Source: Amoebophrya sp. A120 (Eukaryota > Protista > Dinoflagellata). Taken from it: 64,000 bases of DNA. The translations under genes were made by a program, and so were the position numbers. Of the stretch, positions 39,738 through 52,000 are shown piece after piece; the stretch's first letter is position 1; every line of letters begins with the position of its first letter. The DNA lies in assembly GCA_905178155.1 (NCBI GenBank), contig CAJINV010000001.1, positions 4,754,747 to 4,818,746 on the forward strand. Reading direction: 5' to 3'. The notes under the pieces were generated by a model, which saw only the letters and a list, made by a program, of their open reading frames with translations, searched no databases and was not told the DNA's origin.

Positions 39738-42205
39738 TTAACTTTATCCATATCCCGCCTCCCGGACGGAGGAGTAGCAAGCAAAGCCAAAGCCACCTGC
39801 AGCCGCACTTCTACAGGTACTACAGTACCGGGTCACTTTTCTTTCATCCCCGCACAGTACCCCAGTAAGAGTAAAAATAGGAAAGCGCACAGAAGTATCA
39901 ATGGAATCTGTGCAAACTTTTTTAGGAAGTTGCCCCCCGCCAAGAAGAAGTTCCTCCCTTTATCTGTTCCCCCTCGTCCCTTTATCCCGATGAAGGGAAA
40001 GTTTCCTCTTCCTTTCGCTGTTGTACGTGGTACAGGCAAAAATATTTCTACAAAACCCGCTACAGCACTAAGGATTTTTCAGAGCAACGATCGACATGCC
40101 ATAACTGACACCTTTTGCGTGCGTGTGACTTCTACATTAATTATACACACTCCCCGAGGTGGCAGAGGAAATCTAAGGTATGCGTATGTCCATGTACTGC
40201 TTCCAATTTCAGTATTCCGAGGAAGAACAACGAAGTAGTTATGGTTTGCATTGGCTAGTAGTGGTGTTTGATGCTATGATTCTCGACAAGAGCTGCAGAG
40301 GAAGAGCCTTCAACGTCATGGATTGAAGATTACCCGCCGTATTAAACCAGAAGAATCAGCAACGTTCCTGTTTTCAGAATGAAAGTACCTGACTGTAGTA
40401 CTTCTGAGTGCCAGGTTTCGGACACGACGAAAAACAGAATGTGTTTTCGACTAGAAGTCTCCCGCGTGATGAACTTTTTGTTGTGTAAGTATGCTTTTTT
40501 CTTTATTTCGTTCCCGGTTGGAGCAGGCAACTTTGTTATCGTTTCCCTGTCAGCGGTTGATTCGTAGACAGGAAAATGCGATTGCGAGCAGCGTTTCTCC
40601 TGTCTCGTCCTGTTTTATTATTCGTTACGAAAGATTTTATGAAACAAGTTTTATCAGTTGTTTATCAAAATTTAACCCCATTGAACGCGGTTGTCTTGCG
40701 TTTGATAACGATTGGATTCGGTTCCGGACGCAAAACCGGTATGGAAGTGTTTATCAATTTCGTTTGTCAAAATTACAGTCATATTTATCCATCGTCCTGT
40801 ACTATGCGTCAGTTCCTAATGCTATTTCTAACCCTGCGCGCTCTGCTGTATCTGAGAGGAACGTGTTTCCTAGTTCCCTTTGTGAATCTCCACCTCAGCA
40901 GGAATGAAGGAAATGGAAAGGTAGAATGAGAATAAAGTATAGAAATGACTCATTGGACGGAGTATGTTGTTGATTTAGCATCACAGCTGGGCTGCACCTT
41001 GTGCCCGCATTACTATCGATTTGGCGTATGTATTTTTGCATTTCTTTGTTGACTTTTAGTATGTTTCGCATTATCATTTCTTGAGAACAAAGTAATGAAC
41101 TCCGGCTCCTGTAATTCTTGACCTTGGCAGCACTTTTTCTACTTCACCGATCTGCTAAATTTGACCCGCCACTTCTTATGATGAAGCATTCCCACGGGAC
41201 TGTTGTTTGGTGGCAACACGTCTAGGCATCGCATTCATCGACTCTATTATACTCCACATGTCTAAACGCAAACCGATTTACTGTATCTCTTGCTTACAGC
41301 TTTTTTTTTTTTGTCGAATCTGCGAGCGAAGTTGCCATTTTCAACAAATCAGTCCTAAACGAAGCTTGTGTAGTTTTTGCCTTTCATCACAAAATGAAAA
41401 TTTCAAATACCAGCCATAATGAATTGACACAATCGCCTACCAATTCTCAACCGCTTCTGCCGGCTCACTCGAACCCAAAAATATTTATCCACTAGAGGTA
41501 TCTGGATCGTATGGCACAAGATACTGGCGCGGGCGCCCTGGTTGTAGTGGTTTTTGTTTGTTCTTTTTGTCGTTGTCTTTTTCTCCGTTCGCAACCAAGT
41601 AGAGAGGTGTACATTCGTCCGTAGTCTGCAAGTGCACCTCTTATGCACCGAGTCGAGTTTGTTGATGATGTGGATTTCAGTTTGATTCCAGCAGTTCGTT
41701 TGTTTCTTCCGTCGTCATGGTTAATGACTCGAAACATCGTGATCTTCCAGATGAATTCGTAACTTCGTTCAGTTTCAGTTTCGTCCAGAACAGACTCAAA
41801 GCGTTCGCATTCAGTGAAGCTTTTGTGACCCAGAAATGTGGTTGGCTTCTTCGACGTCCATGATCTTGATCGTGCTCAAAGGGTATGAAATTGAAAAAAG
41901 GCGAAAGGCAGGCTGTTTTGCCAATCCAAGAAAGGTGAATTACTTTCTTTCACGCACTCCCGCACGAAGTAGATCTCCACTTCTGCCCCACGTCGCTCTA
42001 CTCTCCCGACATAATGGTTTATTCTCATTGCTCTTGTTGTGCATGCATATACGTACGGTAGAAGTTGTTATCGATCTCCCCTCTGGCTCTGGGATTTTAC
42101 AACTTTTCAATATATGTACCGTAGAAGTTGTTATCAAGAAGAAAACAGATGGCGTAAGAACAGGCTTTTCTGCGTGTGTTCCCCGTGCAGATTTGCACAG
42201 TAATT

Positions 42206-45055
42206 ATGGAACAGGGTGCGGCCCCGACCCCCGTTGCGGTCGTAGATGGTGAGTCGTCGAGCAGTGATGACAAAGATGCTCAGCCAACGACTCGCATGAA
42301 CGCGACGGAAGCACCTGGTCGTGCAGGAAATATGGCAGCTGCGAAAGGAAACAGTTCACAGGGACCTTCTGGCGCTGCCGCGGAGGCCGATGAAGAGGAC
42401 TCTAGCAGTGAGGATGACCTGGACATGACAGGTTATAAAAAAGAACCTCCGCAGGAGATGAAATCTAAAGCCGCAGCGGCGGCGAATAGTCTACCATCGG
42501 CTCCTACCCTACAACCTGCTGTTTCGACCGTACAGCAACAAGTAGTTGGTCCTGAGAACAGTGCCACCGCGGCGGCCTCGAAGCCCGGAAATAAAGAGCT
42601 CGCGCAGCCACCGAAAAATGCCGCCTCCTCGAAGCCAGTGGCTGTAGCTGCAAAGCAGGGACAACAAAAACCCTCGCCCCCGGTAGTACTACAAGTGTCG
42701 TCAAAGAAGGCGGCCGCCACGCCACCGGTGTCGAAGCAAGCGCAGCCGTCTGCTGCTTCGCCAAAGCAACCACCGGCGCCGTCCGGGGTAGCTGTAACTC
42801 AGGGGACGAAGCTTCGATCCTCATCGACAACTGGCGCAAAGGCGCCACCAGCTGGGAAAATGGCCGCGCCTGGGAAGCAAGCGCAACCTGCTGCGACAAA
42901 GCCGAAACAGCCGCAGCCCGGTGCTGCGAAACAGGCACAGCCAGTCGCTGCGAAGCAAACGCAAGCCTCGATCGTTTCTGCAAAACAGGCACAACGACCG
43001 GCGCAAACTGGCGTTGGTAAAACGGCAGGAACTAGTACAAGACCACCAGTACCGACAGGAGAACCGCAGCCGCCCCAAGCAAAACAGGCACAACAGCCGC
43101 TTCTTCCCGCAAAGCAGCAAGCGCAGCCGCGTGCTGTTGTGAGCAGTGAGGCCGCACAGGCATCGAGTGCGGCGCCTAGGCAGCTGGCGCAGGTTGTAGA
43201 AGGCGCACCCGCGGCCGTAGTTGTTCCCGAGAATTCACAATCACAACCAGTACAACAAGTTCCGCCAGAAGAACCATCACAGCAGCAACAAGGTGCGAGG
43301 CAGGGTCAACTGGTGCAACAATTGGACCACGACCAGGATAAAAAGGAACAACAGGCCGCGGTGGCTATCGCGTCACCCCCGGAAGATCCGTCTGTACCTG
43401 TAGTAAATGCGGTTATACGACAAGAGCCACAAACACAAACTGCGAAACTAGCGGCATTATCGGAATTGGAGCCAGGCGGAATTGCTGTCCCCGAGCAGAC
43501 GAGGATAAGTGAGAACAATGTTCAAGAAGAACAACAGGCTACAGCCTTGCCTGCTGGTGCGGGGCAACAAGAATTGGCACTGAGCGCATCACAGCTTCAA
43601 GCAGATCAAGACAGTTCTTCCCCTGCAAGAGCCCTCGATGAGGGTGCAGCAGGACCTAGCCCCGCTTCGGACCTGAAAAGTGAGGAACGAAAACGACAAG
43701 AAGCGAAAGGAGGTGTACTTCTCGTAGAGCCCACCTCGCAAACGAATAAACAAGTTGTGTCACTTTCACAGGCTGGCGGAATCGCTGTGAAGGTGGACGA
43801 AATAGAAGAAGTAGATGAGGACGACGCTGTGAGCAGTGACGATGTTGAAGCACCACCGCTAGTTGGTGGCGGCTCTACTCCGCCGCCCCCGCAGTGCCCG
43901 CCTGCTCCCTACTCCGCCCCCTCGTCCCCGGGAGAAGTCGCAGCGCAACGGGAGGAAGATTTAAGGCAAAAACAGTACGAGGCGTGTTCGGTACAGCCCC
44001 CAAAAGGCTTGCAAGACTGGAAACCAGAAAAGTTTTTCGTGGACGAAACGAGGTTTCTGGGTATCGCGGTCGTGGCGAAGCGGAAACGCGACCGCGAGGT
44101 GGAAGCAGCGCTGTCGAAACCGGCACCAGGAACACCAGGTTTGTTACAGGAGCGGCCACTGTTGACCAAAATGTTGGACCAGGCGGCGCAGCCGCTTCTG
44201 TCCGGGTTCCGCGAGCAGTGTTACGAGGCCCAGGGCAAGCAGGCGCACTTCCTTTCGGATGCAGTGGAGCAGGTGCAGAGGGAGGCAAACGAACAAGCAA
44301 AAGCGCTCTGCGAGCGTTTTCCCAAGCTTGGGAATTATAGTACAGGAGGAGCAAGTGGTGCAAGGGAAGACGCGAGAAGTACTTCCTTATTGACGAAGAA
44401 GAGGATGCAAGTTTGGGGCGAGGTGAAGACGGCGAAAATCATGCACGCGCTGCTATCCGGTCGAGATGATGTTGTAAACTCGCTGTTGAACAACAACGCG
44501 GGACCTACTACGCCAAAGGCTCGCAGTACTCCTGCTCGTCCACGCACTGATTTCATAAAGAACGCCGAAGACAGATCTAGAGCTAGAGGACCTGGAATTA
44601 GTACTACACCTTCCCCGCGACCTCCAGCCGCTGCTCGGAAAAGTTCGTCCACAACTACGGCCGCACGGGAGCGGTTTCAACCCCCAGCAGTTTACGACCC
44701 TCAGACTGTGCGTTGGCCTCAAGCGAGGAGCCGAAATTCCACGTCGCCAACACTATTTCCTCGCTCGCCAACAAGTCTTGGAAGGAGTGAAAGTCCTGTT
44801 TTGGACGCACCGACCGCGGGCTTCAGTTTTAGTAGGGGCGCGTCACCAGTACCAGCAGCTGCTTCTTCAAAATCTGCCGCGGCGAGTAGAAGAGCGTCAA
44901 AATCGTTTTCGCCAGCAGCGTCCGGTCGGCGAATGTCAAGAAGCTCACAAAGCCCCAAGTCCGTGAATTTTGTTGGTGTAGCCACGACCAAATCAACATC
45001 TGGTCTTACTTCCAGCGCCGTCAGGCAGTCGAGACGATCGAGAAAGTCGAGATAG
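42206..45055 (+). CDS. Ala/Pro/Gln/Lys-rich hypothetical protein (~950 aa)
   Basis: Long uninterrupted ORF from first ATG (MEQGAAP); repeated AKQAQP-like units; short possibly folded region near 43960-44480. No family recognised. Confidence 0.7.
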   Translation: MEQGAAPTPVAVVDGESSSSDDKDAQPTTRMNATEAPGRAGNMAAAKGNSSQGPSGAAAEADEEDSSSEDDLDMTGYKKEPPQEMKSKAAAAANSLPSAPTLQPAVSTVQQQVVGPENSATAAASKPGNKELAQPPKNAASSKPVAVAAKQGQQKPSPPVVLQVSSKKAAATPPVSKQAQPSAASPKQPPAPSGVAVTQGTKLRSSSTTGAKAPPAGKMAAPGKQAQPAATKPKQPQPGAAKQAQPVAAKQTQASIVSAKQAQRPAQTGVGKTAGTSTRPPVPTGEPQPPQAKQAQQPLLPAKQQAQPRAVVSSEAAQASSAAPRQLAQVVEGAPAAVVVPENSQSQPVQQVPPEEPSQQQQGARQGQLVQQLDHDQDKKEQQAAVAIASPPEDPSVPVVNAVIRQEPQTQTAKLAALSELEPGGIAVPEQTRISENNVQEEQQATALPAGAGQQELALSASQLQADQDSSSPARALDEGAAGPSPASDLKSEERKRQEAKGGVLLVEPTSQTNKQVVSLSQAGGIAVKVDEIEEVDEDDAVSSDDVEAPPLVGGGSTPPPPQCPPAPYSAPSSPGEVAAQREEDLRQKQYEACSVQPPKGLQDWKPEKFFVDETRFLGIAVVAKRKRDREVEAALSKPAPGTPGLLQERPLLTKMLDQAAQPLLSGFREQCYEAQGKQAHFLSDAVEQVQREANEQAKALCERFPKLGNYSTGGASGAREDARSTSLLTKKRMQVWGEVKTAKIMHALLSGRDDVVNSLLNNNAGPTTPKARSTPARPRTDFIKNAEDRSRARGPGISTTPSPRPPAAARKSSSTTTAARERFQPPAVYDPQTVRWPQARSRNSTSPTLFPRSPTSLGRSESPVLDAPTAGFSFSRGASPVPAAASSKSAAASRRASKSFSPAASGRRMSRSSQSPKSVNFVGVATTKSTSGLTSSAVRQSRRSRKSR

Positions 45056-46087
45056 CTTGATGATCTGTAAGCTTAGTCTTGTCGATGTCGTCCGATGTTG
45101 TAGACGGTGCAACAAAGTGTGTCTTTCAGAAGTACTTATAAACAAGAAGTTATGCTGATGCTGGATGCGTTTCTTTCGTATATGTCTCTCTAGTTAGAGT
45201 TCTGTTCTCTGTTGCTTTCCTCGCCGTCTTGTTGCGTTGCAGCAGTTAGCCGAGGATCTTTGCAACTTTGATTATCGGCGCGGACGATGGCTCGTTGAGT
45301 TTGGCGAATGCTTTAATCTCTTTTGCTATTCGTGCTCGTCTAGCTGTAGTCGTTCCTTTTGTCAATCTGACGATATGTTGTTTCGTGATCGTGCATCTTC
45401 AAGATAGTTCGTTCATCCTCCTTCTCGTGGTGAGGTGTTTCAATATGGTTTTTCGTGGTTTCTTCGTTCTCTGGTATCGTTTCATGTACAGGCTAATCGT
45501 ACGTGATCATAATTGAGTCAATGTATCAATCTTCTGCGTCTGCGTTTTGTTTCCCAGCTCCACAACCCTACCCCACCCGAAGACCCCAATAAATCTGTCG
45601 TCTCTTTTCGTATTTTTCCTGCTTTGAATAGTGTATGCGAAGATGTTTTCCTTTTGATTTGTTTATTCTGGGTGTGTGACTCCTCCTGTAGTTTACCCCC
45701 GTCAAGTAAGCCTAAGGACCTTTTTCTCTTTTTTGTTCTTTTTGTTTTAATAGCTGCCCTAAACGCTGCATCCAATCAATACCAACCCTAGGAAAGAAAC
45801 ACATTTTATTTCGACCACGATCCACCCTCACCCATTTTTTGAGCGCGACCTTTACAGCGACAACCCTGAGTCTTATCAGGTTCTTACAGCAGTAAAATTA
45901 ATCATCCTCGGACAACAATACCTGCCGAAGGTGGAACCGAGGCGCAAACTAACTAAAAATTAGATTTGTCACTGAGCACGGCCATCACAGGAGCCGCGCT
46001 GCAATAACTTCCTTCCCCTTCGCCCCTGCTTCAACATACTCTGCCCTGTCTGCTCCTTTCTCCCGGTTCTTGCACTTACACCACCCC

Positions 46088-49000
46088 ATGGATTCCTTTT
46101 TTCGCTCTGCGCAGGTCATGGAACAGGTAATCAACAGCGATAAGGCCGCTCTTCGGGACGACGGCCAAAGCGCCTCCAGAGCAAGGAAGGGTGCAGCTCT
46201 TGGGGAACAAGAGCGAGAACAAGTTCAAGCTACGTCGACCGCGACTTGTAGCTCCTCCGTCCTGTATCAAGTGGTGGCTGACGCTTGGGTTTCCAGCGCC
46301 GGTGAAACCCTGTCGACATCCATAGTCCTGCACATTGTACGCCACGGTGAGGAGCTTCTTCTCCTTGTCCCCTGTACCAACCTGCACAAATTGGAGGGCA
46401 TTGCAGTAGGAAAAGTGGAGTGGGCCGCGTACCCCGGGCTTGCGAGTAGAAGCAATGCGACGAACAATGGGAACGGCACGACTGGAGGCACAGCATCTTC
46501 TAAAGCGCCTGCGGTGTTGCCCTGGCTGCAGCCGCCATTCAGCAGCACTGGAAACAGTTCAACCAGTGGCACGGCGGAGAGCGGTGCGGCTGGCGGGGTC
46601 GTGCCGTTTATTTCCAGTAACATTTTCGGCGGAAATAAAAAGGCGCTGACGCCGACGAGTGCAATAGCAGGAACTTCTACGTTCATCTCAACTGGAGGTG
46701 CCAATAATGGCATCAACAGTCCGAGCGAGGAGCGACAGAATGTTCGTGAGGTAAAGGACGAAGAGACCACGCCTACTTTGAGCACAGCAACGGCAACGCC
46801 ATCCTCTGCCGCATCCACGGCTGCGTCGCTGGCCATAAACAGCATTGTCGAAGCTGCCACCGCAAATGCAGTGGCGGCTAAAGCTGGCAGTACCAGTAGC
46901 CCAGCTACAACTTCCACCAACTCGGTGTCGTTTTCGCCCAAAACGATCGCGGTTTCTTGTTCTTCACCATCCACTTCTGCCCTGAGCAGTTCTTGTTCTC
47001 CAGCCAGATTCTCCTTCACTGACAACTGGATTTTGATCGAAGAAGCCGAGGACATTTGCACCACGCCTGGCATGGAAGACAAGGAAGAAGCCAGCAGAAG
47101 TCCAACGACAACCCGGTCTTGGCGGTTTCTGGTTCGAAATCCGGAGGTTCGGCGCGAGTTTTTCCACGCTTTGCGCCGCATGTGCAGCCGGGTTCGCCTG
47201 CAGGTTGCTTTGCAACCGCCGCCCGCGATGCTGGATCGAGTAGCTACAACTGCAGCAGTTGTGTCTACTACTGTAGCGGTCATCGAAGGTGGGGAAACGG
47301 AAATGAGTCCACGCGGCCCGTGTGGTCTAGCAGACACAGTCGAGAAGGCAGACACAGTCGAGAAGGCAGACGCAGACACGCGCATTGAAGAGGAACCGGT
47401 AAAACCAAAAGGAAAGCATGATCAAAATGCAGAAAGCGCTGGACAAGTTGTAGACTGTTCAGGGTCAGCACTTCTAAATGAGCCTGTGAACAACAACGTG
47501 ATCACCAAGAAAGAAAACAAGCCGGCTGCAGGGCTGTCGGACGCGTCTGAAGAACTACAAAGAGCAACTGCGATTGCAACCACTTCTGCAGGGGCTACTA
47601 GTGGTGCAGAACATTCGTGCAGCAAGCGTTCATATTCACGAACCCCTTTCCTCAATCGGAGACCGATTAACCGCACGGTGTCTGCGGATCACGACAATGC
47701 TAGCAAAGAGAACTGCAAAATGAATAGTGCCATCTGTATTACAACAACCTCCGGCACCGCGACAGCAGCGTCCGTGTTTCAGAAAGAACGGAAAAACTTG
47801 CCCTTCTCCCCAGTGCTGCTCGCCCGGAGTTCTCGGGGCGAAGACATTTTCGGACTGCAGACGGTGTGCGAACAGTCGGTGGCTAGCACAGGTTGTACCA
47901 TGGCAGCGAACAAATCTTCTTGCGTGCCGCAGCGAGCAAGCAGCCTCAGCTGCAGCCCAGTGGCGAGGACGCGGGTGAGCCGAAACAAAATCGCGGGGGA
48001 TCGTCATCTCTCTCTATCGCCGCTGCTAGGAACAAAAAATGGTAACAAGCGCGTCGTGCAACTTCCGTCCACGACGGAAGCAACGCTGGAACAACTACAT
48101 CAAAAAGGTTTACCGGCATTCTCGCCTGCTGCGAGGGCCGCAAATAAAAGTCTTGCGGAACAAAACAAGAAAGAGTTTGTTCAGTCTGCTCATCTGAAGG
48201 AGGGTCCTCCGAAGGAAGCACCGTCGAGCGCTGCTGGATCGCCTTCCCCCGTTGGCCGCGGCTCGGTGTCGTTGAACCCGCCCGCAAACCGGCGGCGCCG
48301 GATCGTGATTGAACCCTTTGTACCAAAAATCTCCACCACGGGGCGGTACCCAGACCGGGTGAGGCGGTCACTGGTCGGCAATTTCCGGTCACTTTCCGAG
48401 CATCCGAGGAAAAGAGAAAGCAACAACCCCACGACGGCTCCGGCTTGTCCTACCACGACCGCGTTACTGCAAACTAAGACGACCATCTCGGAAATCACGA
48501 TGTCGCAACCGGGAACAAGCGGAATCGCAGGTGGTACTCAGAAAATGCAGAAGGAGGCCGAGGTATTGCAGGCACTGGTTCCACCGCCGTCGGCGCAATC
48601 GGCGGCAATGATGGAAGATGCGATCTTAGGCCCTACTACCAAGGACATTGGTTGTTCCGCAGGAACGTCGGGTACTAGGATAGAGCCAATAAATAACCTC
48701 AATGACGAGTCGGCCGTACTACAGCGGGAAGTCGGCACAGAGCCTCAAATCGACAACGTGATTGTGCCCCACCACCAGCAACATTTCAGTAAAGCCATTT
48801 CGCAGGTTGTGGAGCAGCTAGTAGCACAGCTACCCGAATCTGTGCTCAGACCATCTTTCGCGGCACACTTACCGATTTTGGATAGAAACGCGAATCCGAA
48901 GTTGGAACTACACCATAAACAAGTCACGACGCCCGATCATAAAACATCCGCGGCTAACGCTGACCTTTCCGCGAAGGAGGATTTGTCGCTGAGCGTGCTT

Positions 49001-52000
49001 TGTGCGGACTTCTTTTCGGATTTTTTGTCCTTACCCGACATTTTGCGTCTGGAGCAGGTGAGTCGCTGCTTGCTGAGGCACTTTCGCGGACGAGCCTTTG
49101 TGCAGTACCAGAAAGTGCACGTGAAAGAGTTCAGTCACGCACTGCTGTTCGGCCTTGGCCACGGCAGGTTTGTGAGAGAGGTGTCCGTCTACGCGGGACC
49201 GAAGGGAACTCTGGCCTACGACGATGGGCGGGGGAACCGGAAGAGCTCTAGCCGCATGAAATTTCGCACACCGCCGCCACTGCCACCGTTTGATGCGGCG
49301 AAATTTGCTGAGAGTAACGAAAGGGCAGTAGACTCCGTATTGTCGTATAACGGCACAACTAGTAGTACAACTGCCGCAGGGTCGTCGACGTCCAGTAGCA
49401 GTCGGGTGACATCAGTTCTTTCACCAGGAGGTTCTGCAAATAGCGCCGTCGCCGGCGGACCCCTGACAACTTCCCAGCAAATAAACCAGCCTGTGCTGTG
49501 GCCGACACCGACTTCCCCGCGCATCATCGCGTCCTCCTCGTCGTCCCAGCAGCTGTTCCCGCCCCAGAGCAACAACCTGTTTGCGAGTTCCGACGGTATC
49601 CGGAGCCCGCCCAGTTCTGCTTCCAACAGCTCTGCGTCGGACCGGCGGAACCAGGTGGGCCGCCTTCGCGGGGATTTGGACCTGTCCAGCTCCAACACCG
49701 CTCCGCTTTGGCTGAGCTCCTCCTCCAACGACGACTCCTCCGCGCAGTCCGAAATCGAGCGGTATCGCCTTCGCAACCGCCGGGAACCGGCAAGGAGTCC
49801 CGCGTCCTCGCGCTTTCCAAGAGCGCGGGAGGAGGAACCGGTCTCCAGCCCGAATTACACCTCACGGGATGTCGAGGTGGAGGACCAAAGTGTGATGACT
49901 CCGGGCCGAATCTGGAACTTCCAACAAGGATCCGGAGGTGCCGCTTTCGGAGGTGGAGCAGGAGGTCTCACGCAGCAGCAGCTTGTTCCGGCTGCGGGAG
50001 AACAGCAGCTGCAGCTTTCGCAAAGAAATAGTACCGTGCAGCCCGGGCAGAGTGGAGCGACTAGTACGTCGGGGGAGCATAATACAACGACTCCGGTTTA
50101 CAATTTCTCGGACCTGATTCCGCCCATGCCGTATGATGAATCTGAAGTGGACAGGACACGGAACTACAACCTCCCCTCAAGGGTCGTGGGAAATATTTTC
50201 AACACAAGTAGCTCCACGACCATTGAACAACAGTTGAGCAATGATATGTCGCGCACTCGCTCATTCGTACGCGCGTCGCTGACGTCGTCTGGCGACGAGG
50301 ACGAGAGCGCGCTGCTTCAGCTGCAGCCGACACCCCCGCCGACCACCGCGGCCAGCATCGAAGCGCCGACTGGAGGCGCGCGTTCACCACTGCTGAACCG
50401 ATTGGACGAAGATGATGGCACTTCTACCGGGCAAGGACAACAGCTTGCGACAAGTCCCGGCGAGCAGCAGGGGAGCACGATCTTCACTCCTCGACAGGAA
50501 GACGCGCTCTTGGCAACATCCACCCTGCCCGCGACGCACGCCAGTGCGGCGGCCACACTCGCGGCACGCGCGATTGTCGCGGAAGCTTTGTCCACGGCCT
50601 TGCAGCATTTGACCAATCGTACGCGCTTGCTGACGCAGCAGACGTCTATGCTTCTTTCCCGGTTCGGACAAGAGACCAGCCAGGAAATGCTTGCGCTCTT
50701 GCCGCCCGAGCAGCGGTCCTCTACTTCCGCAGATCTGCGTGCTCAACATAGTACTCGGACGTCGCGTGATCACAGCCGGAACAATTCGAACCCGAGCCGA
50801 CCGCCGCTGCCCCGTAGAGAGCGTGGTCCGGCGCAGCTTGTTTCGGATGATGCTTTCCTTCGCGGCTTTGCTGACGCAATTCCGCACTTGCCGGGTGAAG
50901 TTCCGATCGCTCCATTTGAACTGAATCCTGTAGCTCCTTCGGGAGCGCAAGTAGAACCCATTCAAAGTCGTGGGAACGACGATGCTGTACTGTCTCAAGG
51001 AATTATTTCATCCTCAACTACGACCGATGCTGCGGCGATCGACCTCGGGACAATCCGTTCCTCGGCCGCGCTAACGCGAGGAGAGCAGGAAGATCTATTG
51101 CCGACGCAGCAGGGCGTGGGAAGCGACGCTGTGCCCACGCTCCGATCTTCCGCTATCCAAATCGCCGATCACGCGGCAGCGATCGCGCGCATTCTGGGAC
51201 GCCGCAACCTCGTCGGCGCAGTAGACCGGAGTACTACAGGTACTATCACGACCAATAACCGAGGATCCAACACCTCCTCTGCCTACGAGGAAAATCGGCG
51301 GTCTCTGGCTGCGGAACTGGTGACGTCCGGAGCGCGCGACGGCGGCGCTTCAACACAGGACGAATCCGATGCGTATGACATCACGTATCCGGAGCAGATG
51401 CACGGCGGTAGTACTGGGCGGTTATTTTCCGCAGGGCAGGCAACTGTACCAGGACCAGCCCTGAACAATAGCTCGATGTTCCGGCAGCAGACCAGTAACT
51501 TTCGCCGGGATTTAGACCGAATCCTGAACCGCCGCGCGACTGACACGACGACGGACCTGGGCGAGTCACAAGGAAGCATCGGAACGACCACATCGCCGGC
51601 CGGCGGAAACACCAATCCGACCACTCCGCGCTTCGACAGCACGGCTGCTGACAGCACGACAGCCACGACAGAACAACAAACCTCGATTGGAGCATTCACA
51701 TCAAGGCCAGATAGCTTAGCCTCTGCTTGGAGAAATCTCGTCACTGCTAGTCAGCAGAACTTGCCCAGCGCGCAAAGAGGACTGACGACAGGAGGGACTA
51801 CAACCGGCACGAACACAACAACCAGATCTGCTGCGTTGCCCAATTTGGAGCGCAACCCGTTTTTGGCAAACAGTAGCAACTCCACCCGCGCCAGACGCAT
51901 TTCGCAGCGGGATTACCTGACCATGCGCAGCGTCGGGCGCATTCGCGAGCTGGCGACGTCGCTTGGGCACGAGATTGAGGACGGCGAAGCGAACCAGGAG

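Noticed and set aside
36600-42100. Short ORFs in the long intergenic region as genes or a transposase
   Set aside because: No recognisable motifs or coherent exon chain.
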